This document shows, piece by piece, positions 1 through 12,326 of a DNA stretch of 64,000 bases; within the stretch, counting starts at the first letter, position 1, and each line of letters begins with the position of its first letter. The stretch is taken from contig NC_086108.1 in the NCBI RefSeq assembly GCF_963921235.1, positions 46,998,001-47,062,000 on the forward strand, given 5' to 3'. Source of the DNA: Mobula hypostoma (lineage: Eukaryota). The translations under genes and the position numbers were made by a program. A model generated the notes under the pieces. It searched no databases, was not told the DNA's origin, and saw only the letters and a list, made by a program, of their open reading frames with translations.

Positions 1-39
1 TGTACAGGGCTGCTAAGTTTAAACATTGAATGTAAAACA

Positions 40-1815
40 GTACAGGACCGTAACAGGCCTATCAGCCCATAACGTTGTGCCACACTAATTATATTGATTT
101 AGTTGGACATTTGATTACTAATCCTTTCTGCCCACACAATGTCCATATCCTTCCTTTTCTGGACAGTCATCTACAAATTTAAAACCCTCTTGAACTCATC
201 TATTTTATTTGCCTTCACCATCAACCATACAGTGCATTCAGTGCACATTTCCTGTGAACTTACCCCATCACCTTAAATGCATATCCTCTTGTACTAGACA
301 CTTCAACTCTGGGGGGAAAGATACTGGCTATCTATCTAAAGTTCTCATAATTTTATAAACCTCTAGGAGATCTCCAGAGAAGACAAACTAAGTTTGTTCA
401 GTCTTTCCTTATAGCACTTGCCCTCTAATCCAGACAGCATCTGGTAAACCTCTTCTGCACCCTCTCCAAGGCCTCCATATCCTTATAATGGGGTGACCAA
501 AACTGAATGAAGTATTCCAGATGTGGCCTAACTGTAATGGACATACTTGACTCTACAATGGGTGGTTAAAACTGTCCAACACATCACTGGCACCAGTCTA
601 CCCATCATCAAGGACATGTATACAGAAAGGTGCTGGGATTTCCCCCGGGATCAATAAAGTATGACTATGACTATGAAAAGGCCAACAATATCCCACCCAC
701 TGTTTATGGACTGTTTGTCCCACTACCATCAAGGAAGAGGCTATGCAGCATCAACACCAGCACCACTAGACTCAGAAACAGTTACTTCCCCCAATCCATC
801 AGGCTGATCAACACCTCCAACCACGAATCCACCCCATCACCACTCCAGACGCATCATCTAGTGTCACTATATACATACAATCTGTCTATATGTACTTTAT
901 ACTTTGTATTTTATAGGATTGTTTTTATATTTGTATTTACTGTGTTACTTAAGCTTATCATGCTTTTTTATGCTGTATCAGATCTGGAGTAATAATTATT
1001 TTGTTTCCCTTTACACTCTTGCACTAAAGAATGATGATAAGCAGTCTTGAACTAGAGTTTTATAAAGCTGCAACATAACTTCCTGACTTTTGAACTCAAT
1101 TACTTAACCAATAAAGGCAAAGTATGTCACATGCCACCTATGCTACCCTGTCAACCTCCATGGAGGTATGGGCTGGGGCCACCAAGATCATTCTGCACAT
1201 CAACACTGTTAAGGGTGTTGTCATGAACAGTGTCCTGTCTCTTTATATTTGATCTCCCAAAGTGCAGCAGTTAACATTTGGCTGGATTAAAATACCCCTG
1301 CTATTCCTCTGTCCATATCTGCAACTGATTTATATCCTGCTGTATCCTTTGCTAGTCTTCTAAGCTATCCACAGCACCAGGAATTTTCATATAGTCTGCA
1401 GAACATCATTGATGACAAACCTCCAGCTAGAATAAGTCCTGTTGACCACTACCTTCTATTTTGTATAGGCAAGCTAATTCTGAATCTAATTAGTCAATTC
1501 GCCATGGATCCTGTGTATCTTTGTTTTCTGGATGAGCTTCCCATGATGGACCTTGTAAAAAGCCATACTAAAATCCATGTAGACAACATCCGCAGCTCTA
1601 TTTTCATTAATTGTCTTCATTACCTCCTTGTTAAACTCTGTCAAGTTAATAAGATACAACTTACCCTTCACAAAGCCATACTGACTGTCCCTAACTAGCC
1701 CGTGCTATTTCAAATGTTGATAAATTATATCTCTAAGAATCCTCTCTAGTAATGTTCTTATTGCCGACATGAGACTCATTAGACAGTAGTTTCCAAGATT
1801 ATTCCTGTTTCTCTT
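40..1815 (-). mobile_element. Decayed CR1 (HER1-like) LINE 3' portion, interrupted by a Rex1 fragment at ~535-1050
   Basis: ORF 1486-1671(-) has the RT motif DVVYMDFSMAFYKVHHGKLI. CR1-type 3' region at 40-530. The CR1 sequence resumes at ~1051 (actagagttttataaagctgc). Confidence 0.8.
535..1050 (+). mobile_element. Rex1/Babar LINE 3' fragment nested in CR1
   Basis: ORF 630-992 contains LFVPLPSRKRLCSI..TTRLRNSYFPQSIRLIN, the typical Rex1 C-terminus, followed by a T-rich 3' UTR. Confidence 0.75.
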
Positions 1816-2724
1816 CTTGAAAGATTTTGGCCATGGATTGGGAAAGTTGTATTGCTTACTTGTTTGTTTTGAGAGTTGTCTTAGTTTCTTACCAAGGGGA
1901 GGTATAATATTGAGACACTTGAGAGGGATTGAAGAGAACTCAAAACATCAACTGGCTTTTATACTGAGCCTTTCATAATTTAGATATCAGCTAAAGCTTT
2001 ACCTCAAAGGTGCTCTTGCTTGAGGTACCTCTATTGTGCTCTTATGAGACCATTGAACGGGCCCCTCTGACACTAAAATGGACTCTTGACCTCACAATCA
2101 ACCTCATTTTGGCCTTGTACTTTGTTTGCCTGTACTGCACTTTCTCTGTGATTGTAACACTTCATTATGCATTCTGTTATTAATTTCACTTGATGCACCT
2201 CAGTGTTCTATTGTAATGAAATTGTTTCACTGGATGGCATAAAAACATACTTTATTTTTATAATCAATATACCTTGTTATTTTTTCAAGGCATTTTTAAT
2301 AAACCTGTCAGATGTGGTTTGCCTTTTAGGTGAAATCAATTGGTTCAAGAATAAAGTTTAGCTACTATAATGGTGTGTGGAGACAGCATCTCATTGAGAA
2401 ACGGGAGGGAGTTATGAGTAAGTGCAAGGCTACTGGGAACAATTTTGGAGGTACTGGATGCTAACTTATTTTTGGTAATTCCATGATGTGGTAGAAAATA
2501 ATTTAACCTAAGAAGAGTAGACCTGGCCAGTAGGATGATGGTGGAGATGCTTTGAGGAATGATGTGATCTAAAGCATCAAAAGCTGCAGGAAGGGGTAAT
2601 TTTGTTTTGCAATCAAGTGGGATTTCATGAGTAACTGAGTAGCCTGTGGCTAAGAAAATAAAATACTATGAATCAACTTTTAATTCCTTTAGCTGCTATA
2701 AAATTTTAATAACTCCCACTCTGA

Positions 2725-3029
2725 CATTTATTTATTTTCCGATACAGCGCAGAGTAGGCCCTTCTGGTCCTTCGAGCCACACCACCCCAGCTACCCCACA
2801 ACCCCAATAAACCCTAACTAATCGCAGGACAATTTACAATGACCAGTTTACAAACATGCAACATTTTTAGACTGTGGGAGGAAACTAGAGCACTTGGGGA
2901 AAACCCATGCATTCCACGGGGTGGACATGCATAGACTTCTTATAGAATGGTGCTGGAATTGAACTTCGAATTTCGGAACGCCCCGAGCTGTGATAGTGTT
3001 GCACTAAATGCTCCACTACTGTGCCGTCC
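2725..3029 (-). mobile_element. tRNA-derived SINE (HE1-like)
   Basis: Minus strand starts ggacggcacagtagtggagcatttagtgc (A box) and has gttcaattcc (B box), the conserved core gactgtgggaggaaac, and a CR1-like tail. Confidence 0.7.
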
Positions 3030-3135
3030 AATATTTATGTAAAAACTAAGGGAAGCAAGTTAGGAAGATGAGTGACTGAATTATGAACTAAAATGTCATG
3101 TTTCTTTTTATAATTATAGAACAATTATTCACTTA

Positions 3136-4609
3136 CACTCGGGCCATTTTATTAGGTACAGGAGTGGAACCTGGTCTGGTCTGCTGCAGTGGTCCATCCA
3201 CTTCAAGGTTTGATGTGTTGTGCATTCAGTGATGCTCCTCTGCGCACTACTGTGTGGCTGTTTGACTTACTGATGCTGCCTTGTCAGCTTGGACCAGTCT
3301 GGCCATCCTCTGACCTCTCTTATTAATGAGGCATTTTCCCCCACAGAATTCCCGCTCACTGGATTTTTGTTTTGTTTATTGCACCTTTCTCTGTAAACTA
3401 GAGACTGTTGTGCGTTAAAATTCCAGGAGATGTGCAGTTCTGAGATATTCAAACCATCCCTTCTTAGACACCAACAATCATTCCACAGTCAAGTCACCTG
3501 GATCATATTTCTTCCCCATTCAGATGTTTGGGCTGAACAACAACTGAACCTCTTCTTCATGTTCTTGTAAAGTTTAACAGTGGTTGGCAGACCAACATAA
3601 GGTGCATTTCTGCCAACAACTGAGTTGGAGTTTGGAGCAAAGATGGGAAATTATATCCACTAAATTTCTCCCCCCCCAAAAAAAATACACAAATGTAAAT
3701 TTAATGCTTTAAAAATGTTAAAATATGTAATTATATATATTATGATGGCAGTGATATCCTAGCAAACTTCCTATGTTAAACAGTATCTATCTCTTAAAAT
3801 CTCAATTTAGCAATTAGGTATTACCTCATAGGAACTGCATTCAAACGATATACTGTATGCTGTAGCACATTTTGATAAGTGCACTTCCTACGAATGCCCG
3901 TATCATGCCTATTCATTCGGAACCAGGAATTATTCAATCTAGCATAAACGAGTAAGTATAACTTCTTCCCTCCTTTTATACCTTCCCACCATCCTCTGAA
4001 TTTTATATAAATACTGTCCTTTCACTTCCTTATCCCAACTTTGTTGAGTGATTGAATATCCTTTTTAATTATCCTCTCTTGACAAAAGCTCCGCTACATT
4101 TACTGTATATCCTTAATTTTAAGTGATTGCTTGGCTAGACATTCTACCCCAACGTGAGTAGGGACCCATAAGAAATGTTTTCATAAAACTAGACCCTGCA
4201 ACCTCAATGGATGTTATCCAATCTCAAGAAGAATACCTGGACTACAATTTGAATTGCCTATTTTAATAAATGTTGAAACCAAGAACAAATCAGAGCACAG
4301 AAGTACATCATCAGGGCGTACTTCTTCGATCCATTCCAAGGCTAAAATGATAGTACCTATTTCAGACGTGAATACTGATACTTGGATAACCTTCTCGTAG
4401 TAGTCATCTGAAAATATGGAACATAAACAGAAACACCTGAAAAACCTTTCAGTAGATATTTGGAACCATCTGTGTAGACATATAAGAAACTGTAACAACT
4501 GAACCTATTGACCATGTCTGCATGCTTTTATGCATTGAGTTGCTGCCATAGGATTGATTAGACATTTGGATTACCAAGCAGATGTACCTAATAAAGTGGC
4601 CATTGAGTG
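3136..4609. mobile_element. Non-autonomous Tc1-like element split by a Nimb insertion
   Basis: Inverted termini cactc..ggccattttattaggtaca / gtacctaataaagtggccattgagtg, each flanked by TA. Confidence 0.8.
3552..4493 (-). mobile_element. 5'-truncated Nimb (I-superfamily) LINE with RNase H remnant
   Basis: Minus strand encodes SVFTSEIGTIILALEWIEEVRPDDVLLCSD and WVPTHVGVE (RNase H motifs). GAA-type tail. 13 bp TSD aacaactgaacct at 3539-3551 and 4494-4506. Confidence 0.8.
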
Positions 4610-5019
4610 TATCATAAAAAACATTTCCCTCAGTGTCTCTTAATGATTTGTTTCCACCTTGATCTTTTTTTTTCCTCTATGCATCATCATGTTTTTTTTT
4701 GTTTTACTGAACTTTGTTGTTATTTTAAAGTGTTTATTTCTATGCTCAGTAAAGATAACAAAAAAGCATGAAGAAGAATTTGGTCCATTTCAATCAGTGA
4801 AATAGTTTGGAAGTATGATCAGTATTGTGTGTTTAATTATATTCTTAGCCATCGCCACCTTGAGTTTTCTTTTAACTACATTTGAGTGAAGATTTGTTTG
4901 CTGTTCTTTTTTTCCCTCAAGTTTTGTGTGCTTGTACTTTGGTTGAATGTTTTGTCATGATTTTATTTTTCCTTTGATAACTCCCCTTTCTTTGCACTGT
5001 TTTTTTCATATTCAAACAG

Positions 5020-5286
5020 CACTCACTTTACTGTTGGTCAACTTTATTCCTGGAACTGCAGCTATACTTACCTTTACGAATTAAAAAAAATAAAAAGTAT
5101 AAAAATGGCTTGAATATCCATGTATCTTAAAGTAATTAAATTCATTATTATAGTCCTGTTGTTCTACAATTTTCTCTTCAATCTGTCTCGTATCTGCAAA
5201 TCATCTTCTTGAAATTTGCTGGTCAATTTACTTCCAAAAGAGTAATTATGTTATTTTTTTCTTAATTCTAACCGATTTTCCTGTTG
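5020..5286 (+). other. Candidate non-coding (UTR or poison) exon of an unidentified host gene
   Basis: Long pyrimidine tract ending ttcaaacag at 5019, strong donor TG|GTAAGTAT at 5287, stop codons in all three frames, TE-free context. Confidence 0.25.
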
Positions 5287-6097
5287 GTAAGTATGTTGTT
5301 TTATATTTATTTTGTTTCTGTTGTTGGTGTTATGCACCGAAGCACTGCAGTCTTGTAAATTAATCTTTCATTTGGTTGCCCTATCATCATTCATTAAATT
5401 GTGGAAGAGTACACCATTCCCATTCCCACACTTTTCAATCTGTGGGAAGGAAACAGAGTTTTGTATTGACTTTTAATAAATTAGAAACAATTTTGTTTTG
5501 CTAGCTCCCAAATTCATTTGAAATATGGCTCTTCAAAACATTAAAACCAAGTAAAAATAATTTAGTCTCATTAATATGAATTTGTGTGGTCAAAAATGGT
5601 AGGCTGACTGTGCAACACTCAGACATGGTTTGTCTAACTTAAATGGTTCACTGGAATTCAAATTGAGATTAAATAGTGGCTTGAAGGTTTGCAGTTTTAA
5701 GTTTGGCTTTTGAACTGAGTTTTGCTGCATTTCCTTGCAATCCAAGCCTTCCTCTCATGGGATGTTCTGTGACTGTTTTCTTCACATTACTTATCATTTT
5801 TCCTGTCATGTGATGTTAAAATTACCATTTGAAGACGTACTCAAGCAAATAGGGCAGGGATGTTTCTGAATTAAATGTTAAATTACCCATTTTATAAATT
5901 TGGAAGTTCAGAACAAATCCAGTGATTATCTGAATTTGCATCTTAATGCTTTGGAGTCCTCTGTTATCCAACTAAAGAATTAGTTTTGTTTAGTGATAGT
6001 AATTAAAGCAGGAGATGCTTATTAATAATAATAAATGTTAAGTTTTAAACTTGCACCTGGTGTAAAATTGATCTTCCAACTTTTGTAGATTGTAGTA

Positions 6098-6470
6098 GGG
6101 AGTCCTGGGTCCTGGGTCCTGGGTCCCGGGCTCAGCTGGCTCTGGCTGACAGTACCCGGTATGGGCCCCTATCCAGGATTACGGATCCCACTGCCTTGTG
6201 GGTATCTTCGGGAGAGGAGAAAGCTAAGGAGTAAACCCTACACAAATCCGGAGTGGAGCCCCTGAGGCGGTTGGATGTCTTATCACATCACCTCCCAGCA
6301 GCTCCTGCAGCCAAGCTGATGCCAAATGTACTGCTTCGCATTCCTTTGGACCACATCCACGAGGCCGAGAGGGGGATCTTGATGTCTGGGCAGCCCAGGA
6401 TCTCCATACTCATCGCCCAGGTCTGTGCCCCGAGGGGCGTATCCATTGTCTACTTAGACAGATGGAGCCA
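6098..6470 (+). mobile_element. Probable RTE-clade LINE 5' UTR fragment
   Basis: GC-rich island with ggagtaaaccc..aaatccggagtggagcccctgaggcggttgg, resembling RTE 5' UTRs from recollection. Begins with (CTGGGTC)x3. Confidence 0.5.
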
Positions 6471-6747
6471 TTAAAAAAGTAAGAGGATTGTTGATGCAGC
6501 AAATGGGTCATTTAGTGGTATTTACAAGAGTAGTCACTTCACTGGAAAGCATTGTAGAGTCAGAGAACACTATAGTTTATCATCTGTTACATTCTAATTT
6601 CCTTTTAAGTTCTAAAGACATGAGCTCCTGATTGATTGCACACAATTATCCACAAGTTGGAGGACAGGATGAGTCAGTAAGGACGGTATGAGGTGGGTTA
6701 TCTCTGTGATGTTTCTGTAGTTAGCTTGTTTTAGTGCATTCTACATT

Positions 6748-7085
6748 TACAGTACTGTGCAAAAGTCTACATAGTTTCCAAGATGTTTGCAGAGTGTGAT
6801 ATGTGTCAATGTGGAGTGGAGAGTGAGTTGGTAAATCTGGTGGGATCAAAAGATGTTGGGAGTGGCGAGGGTGGAGGGGTGTGGGACTGGTGGCAGAGAA
6901 GGAGTGACTGGGGTGGGCGGTTGGTGCAGGTGCAGACATATCCAGCCCTGAGACACCAGGCAAGGTCATTTTGATTCCAAAGAATTGGTTTGTTGATCAT
7001 TACAGAATGCATCTCCCGTGCTTCCGGTTCCCTACCCTCTTCCTTCCCCTTTTCCCAGCCATGATTCCCCTTCCCTGCCGCCCCT
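6748..7085 (-). repeat. Interspersed repeat, partial inverted copy of 29490-29975
   Basis: Shares the cagtactgtgcaaaagtct terminus and internal sequence. ORF translations match (GKGNHGWEKGK..GR..EA.E.HSVMI.K). Confidence 0.65.
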
Positions 7086-7589
7086 TCGTTGCAGCAGTAT
7101 AGGATATGCTTATGTTGAAAATGGCTCAAATCCACAAACTAGATTTGGACAAGTGTACTGTGATACAATTAATTTAAGTGCTTGTCGCTGCGTTGTACCT
7201 TTCTAGCTTTTTAGAATTTACTATTGTATCTCATCACCATTAGCCATGTCCATTATGGATAGCAAGGGTAAACCCTCATTCTCCAGATGATATGTTTATT
7301 ATTTATGTGAGCATTGACTCTGTTGATACCATTTATTAGTCATTACTAATCAATCCATGGCTTGTTGTACAGTTATGCAATAGAGTGCAAGGGTAGGAAT
7401 TAGACAACTAATTATGGCTGATCTTGATTGTTAGAGTATTGATATGAACTAGGATTGAAAAACTGAATGAAGTTCCATTTGGAGACTATTTCCTTAGTGT
7501 TTCTGGTGGGGAGGGGGGGGAATGAAGAAATCCTAGGATGTTCTCAGTGTGCGAACTGACCAGCTTGGAGTTTACTGGGGAATGATAAC

Positions 7590-8520
7590 ATAAACGCAGC
7601 AAGGAGCAGGAGTAAGCAATTTGGTCCCTCGAGCCCACGAGATTGTGGCTTCCATTTTCCTTCAACGTTATTTCCTATCTATATCAATTAATTACTCAAA
7701 TATTTAAAAATATTTTGATCTTGGCTTTGAATTAAATAAATGACTGATCCTCCCTTGCCTCTAGGCTCAAGAATTCAACAAGTTCACTGAGCTCTGAAGA
7801 AGTTCCTGTTCATTTCAATCTTAAATGGCTGTCCCATGTGTGTCATGTGGAACCAAAGAATTGTTTTTGTGTTAGTGAGGTCACCCCTTTTCAAAACTGG
7901 AAAGAATGAAGGTCTAGTTTAGTTAATAACTCCTATGCTAAGCTGAACATTACAGGAACTTGTGTGTTCAATCAGCACTCCCACTGTAGAAAGTGGATTG
8001 TTTAAGATGAGGAGACCAACATTGTACATGGTGCTCCCGTTGTTATTCAGAAAGACTACATGTAATTGTGATACAACATGCTTATTCTTGTTCTCAGATC
8101 CTCTCGTGATAAAGGCCAACACACGTTGTGCTTTCTTTACTGCATTATGATGCACATGTTCCTTTGAACATCAACAATTCCCAATCTCTCATGTTTTAAA
8201 AAAAACTCCCAACATTTCTGTTTTTGTTAACCAAAATATTTTTCATTTTTTCCACAATATGCTCCATCTGCCATGTTGTTGCCCTCTCAGCTTTAGACCT
8301 CTTTACATCTCAGCTTTAAACCTCTTTACATCCTCATCATTGCTCACATTCACATTTAATGTGTTTTATATTTGAATTGTTGGGATCTGATCTTGATACC
8401 TCAGCATTCTCTGTCTACCTATCTATTACTGTTTATTCCTACTGTTTTCCATTTGTTAAGCAATGCTCAATCTGCAGCTGTATTGTCCCCAGTTCTGAGC
8501 TCTAACTTTGATCTGTAACT
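7590..8520 (-). mobile_element. Old degenerate CR1 LINE 3' fragment
   Basis: ORF 7919-8155(-) has AVKKAQRVLAFITRGSENKNKHV, a CR1 post-RT motif. Confidence 0.6.
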
Positions 8521-9379
8521 TCCTGTGTGAAACATTATTAACTATGCCCTACAGTGTAATTCATACATGGATAAATTGATTACTTTATCCTAAACGTTGT
8601 CATGGCAACTACAATCACTGAAGAATTCAAATGATATAAGTCGCTGGAATAGGGAACGAACATTTTTAATTATCACGTGCATCCTGCAGCTGGTTTCACC
8701 TTATAATGAATTCTCAATTTTGAGCTTCATGATTTGGAATGGTGAAGTGGGGTTACATTATTCTGGATTATTTTGTTAGGTTGCTTCTGGAAGTATTGAT
8801 CACTGATCTGATCACTATAAACTAAACAGTCTTTCATTTTATTACCAGGAACTTTACAAAGCTAACTGTCTTAACCTCAATATTTTGTTCAATATTTCTG
8901 ACACAGAAGTTAATGTGGTAAATATTTACATGTTAGAAAACATTTTTGCTTTGTCATACGATGTTAAGAGCATATAATAGCTGGTGTTTATGGAAAAATG
9001 CACATTTGTCTTTATTAGCTCTGCAAAATTCTCCTTGCAAATGTGGAGACATACCTAAATTGAAGTATTGCTCAAGGGATGTGCAGCAATATACTGAATG
9101 GTCAAATTCCCAGAACTGTAATTTAGTTTATATATCCTAGCCTCTTCCAACACAGTTGCCATGACTCATCAGTAGACCAAACCCACCATAAATGGTGATG
9201 CAAAGAAGTAGTCTGGCAGGAAGCTCCCTTTTAAAGATTTAGGGCAACAGGTCAAACATGGCAAGGACTGCTCTTGTTGACTACCATTCTCCTTAGACTG
9301 ATGAAATAATACCCTATGTTAAGCACCCTTTGGTGGAAAATAAACTGGAGGCAACGAGTATTTCAATTTTTCCTGTAGT

Positions 9380-9608
9380 GATACAGCACAGTACCAGACC
9401 ATTCTGGCCCAATGAGCTTGTGATGCTCAATTACTCCCATGTGACGAATTAACCTACCAACCTGTACGTCTTTGGAATGTGGGTGGTAACTGGAGTGTCT
9501 GATGGAAATTCGCACTGTTATGGGGAGAACATACAAACTTCTAGCAGACAGCAGCGAGAATTGAACACTGGTTGCTTGTGCTAGCCACTACACTACACCG
9601 TGCCGTCC
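9380..9608 (-). mobile_element. tRNA-derived SINE (HE1-like)
   Basis: Same organisation as 2725-3029: head ggacggcacggtgtagtgtagtggctagc, B box gttcaattc, core ctttggaatgtggg. Confidence 0.65.
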
Positions 9609-9831
9609 TTGAACAAAATCAAAACTGGAACTTGCATTGATGAGCAGGTATCACATTAGTACAACTGATAGAGCTGGCTCAGACTGAGACATGGGTGTTG
9701 GCCAAGACAGTCGGTACTGAGGAAGCCAATAATAGGGAAATGATGTTGTTGACCTCATTGCCATTTGCTAGTACCTTTACCTGTCACACATGCATCTCTC
9801 CATGACTATTGCTAATAGTGACCTCTGAATA

Positions 9832-10330
9832 TGAATGACATGAAGGAAATCTGGAAGTCGAACCTGACCAGAGGGCTTAAAAAGAGGATCTTCATAGCAG
9901 TCATAGAGTCCATTCTCACGTACGGATGCGAGACGTGGACCCTCACCAAGACTATGTGAAAGTCTCTAGATGGTTGCTATACACGAATGCTCCGGTTGGC
10001 TCTTGATGTGAGTTGGCAACAGCACATGACAAACGTTGAGCTCTATGATGACCTACCGATGCTCACCACTAAAATCAAGGCGAGAAGACTGCAACTAGTG
10101 GGGCACTGTCTACGCCACCCTGAGCTATCTGCCAGCCTAGTCATCATATGGGAGTCCAAGCATGGGAGGATGAACCCTGGGCCCCTCCCAAGACTATGGT
10201 CAACACGCTCCTAGAAGATAGCGGCGCGGCTAATGCAGATGAACTGAACACACCGATGAGGGAGAAGTGGAGAGTCCGTCATCGTGCCCGACGCCGGTCC
10301 CCTAGGCCTGAGTTGACGTAGTAGTAGTAG
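9832..10330 (+). mobile_element. 5'-truncated RTE-clade LINE with (TAG)n tail
   Basis: Translates to IWKSNL..ESILTYGCETWTLTK..LDGCYTRMLRLALDVSWQQH. Tail gtagtagtagtag. 8 bp TSD tctgaata at 9824-9831 and 10331-10338. Confidence 0.85.
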
Positions 10331-11052
10331 TCTGAATAATCCCTGTCAAAACAATCTCACCTTTCTGCTGAGATCTTATCCTATGCAAAATAGTAATTTT
10401 AGAACTGATTTAGCAGCTTGCATCTGAGCATTTATTATATGGCATGGGTCTTCACCAGCAAGAAATTAGATTTGACCGTAATCTGTAATCTCATGTCTGT
10501 GCCTGTCCCTGTCTATCAACATGGTAGAGCCGGGAGACCAACCTTGGTTTATAGAGATGTGTTGCAGCATTACAGCAGCACCATTAGATGTGCTTAAAAT
10601 TGAACTTCCATGATCTAATCAGGAAATCCAGGTACAATCTTTGTAAAGCTATCAAGCATGCCAAGAGGCAAGACCAAAACAAAGGAGAGTCCCACATGAG
10701 ACTTGCATGCTATGAAGTCTACAAACTCAAACAATATCGCTGGTACAATGTATCGCTTATTAGGCTGAAGTAGAAAATGTGTGCTTTAAGGCTTAAGGAC
10801 TGTTCCTGCCCCAGGATTACAAGGCTCTCGAACAGATCTCTTTACGATGAAGATGAACTTTACTTTTTCATGGCCTTTGCACTTGTTGTCTAGCTGCACT
10901 GCACTTTCTGTCTGTAATTCTGTATTCTGTTCTTTTTTTTTCCTTTTGTATTACCTGAATGTCTGAAAAAAGCTTTAGTTTGCATATGTGATAATGGCAA
11001 GCCATTTACCTCCCTGGTGACAGTGCAAGGTTGAAACAGCACAGGGGTTTAA

Positions 11053-12093
11053 GGCTACGTTCACACTACGCCGGATAATTTTGAAAACGCCGGTTTTGAG
11101 TAAAAACAACAGGCATCCACACTAAGCGTTTTTCAAAATATCTCTGTCCACATCAGACGGATATTTGGGCGAACCTCCTCCTACTGGGCATGCGCAGGAC
11201 ACACAGAAAACGAGCGAAGAGGAAACTGTATACTTGGTGCGCGTTTGTCCAGTTACAGAGTAGAAAAACTTAAAAGGAATTGCTCTTGGCTCTTGCGCAG
11301 GAGGACTTAAAACTAAAAAAAAATACTGGAGCGTATGGAGGCAACCGACAGGGAGTTCACGGACAGTATGACTCGGCTGACGACGAACATTAAAAAACTG
11401 ACTAACTCTGTTGCATTAATAAAGCACCTTGTTAAATGTATAAAACATGTCTGCATCTGTGTTATCTTGTATTTCCATACAATGTTACATTAGGCTGTTA
11501 CACATCTATTGTCAGAGAAGTACTTGCATAAATAGGTAAACCACCTTGGTTCTTGATCCTCCAAAATATTCCGCATGGAATTTAAACTGGAGGTGGCGGA
11601 GGGTGTTTTCTGTCCTTACCTTCATACAAGCAAGGACAGAAAACAGGGCAAAGTGAGTATACTTATTTATTCAGTAAGCTATGGGTCAAAGTATTTGGTG
11701 AGTACATTTCTAACTCTTCTGGCTTCAGTCTCGTTGCTGTCTGTTCTGAAATTGTTAGGTTCTGCGAAGCGCAGAATCAAATATCGCTGTGATTGTACGC
11801 TCTAGTATCAATTGTTTGGTGACAATAAAGTAATAATAATAAGAAGAAAACAATGAAATGCCGCACTGCAGCCATCTGTTCTGGCACGTCATGACAGCGG
11901 TTTTAAAAAGCTCCGGTTACCCCGTATACACTGCAACGGATATTAGGCGTTTTCAGATTTATTCACTCTGGAGACCATTTCTGAAAATCTCCATTTTCAG
12001 AGGATGAAAACACTGTTTTAGTGTGGACAGAGGGTCAAAATAAAGAGAAAAAGCTTTGTTTTCAAAATTATCCGGCGTAGTGTGGACGTAGCC
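11053..12093. mobile_element. PIF/Harbinger-type MITE, copy 1
   Basis: TIRs ggctacgttcacactacgccggataattttgaaaac and its reverse complement. Flanks TAA/TTA. No transposase. Confidence 0.85.
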
Positions 12094-12117
12094 TTAAACA
12101 GAAGTGAGCGTATTGTA

Positions 12118-12326
12118 ACACACATCAAAGTTGCTGGTGAACGCAGCAGGCCAGGCAGCATCTCTAGGAAGAGGTACAGTCGACTTTTCAGGCCGAGACC
12201 CTGACGAAGGGTCTCGGCCTGAAATGTCGACTGTACCTCTTCCTAGAGATGCTGCCTGGCCTGCTGCGTTCACCAGCAACTTTGATGTGTGTTGCTTGAA
12301 TTTCCAGCATCTGCAGTATTCCTGTT
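12118..12326. mobile_element. Penelope pLTR-derived fold-back mini-element
   Basis: 86 bp arms at 12117-12202 and 12208-12293 with one mismatch. 14 bp TSD gtgagcgtattgta at 12104-12117 and 12327-12340. Confidence 0.9.

Noticed and set aside
5064..5073. ATACTTACCT as a U1 snRNA 5' end
   Set aside because: The match stops after 10 nt and there is no U1 body; it is simply the complement of a splice donor.
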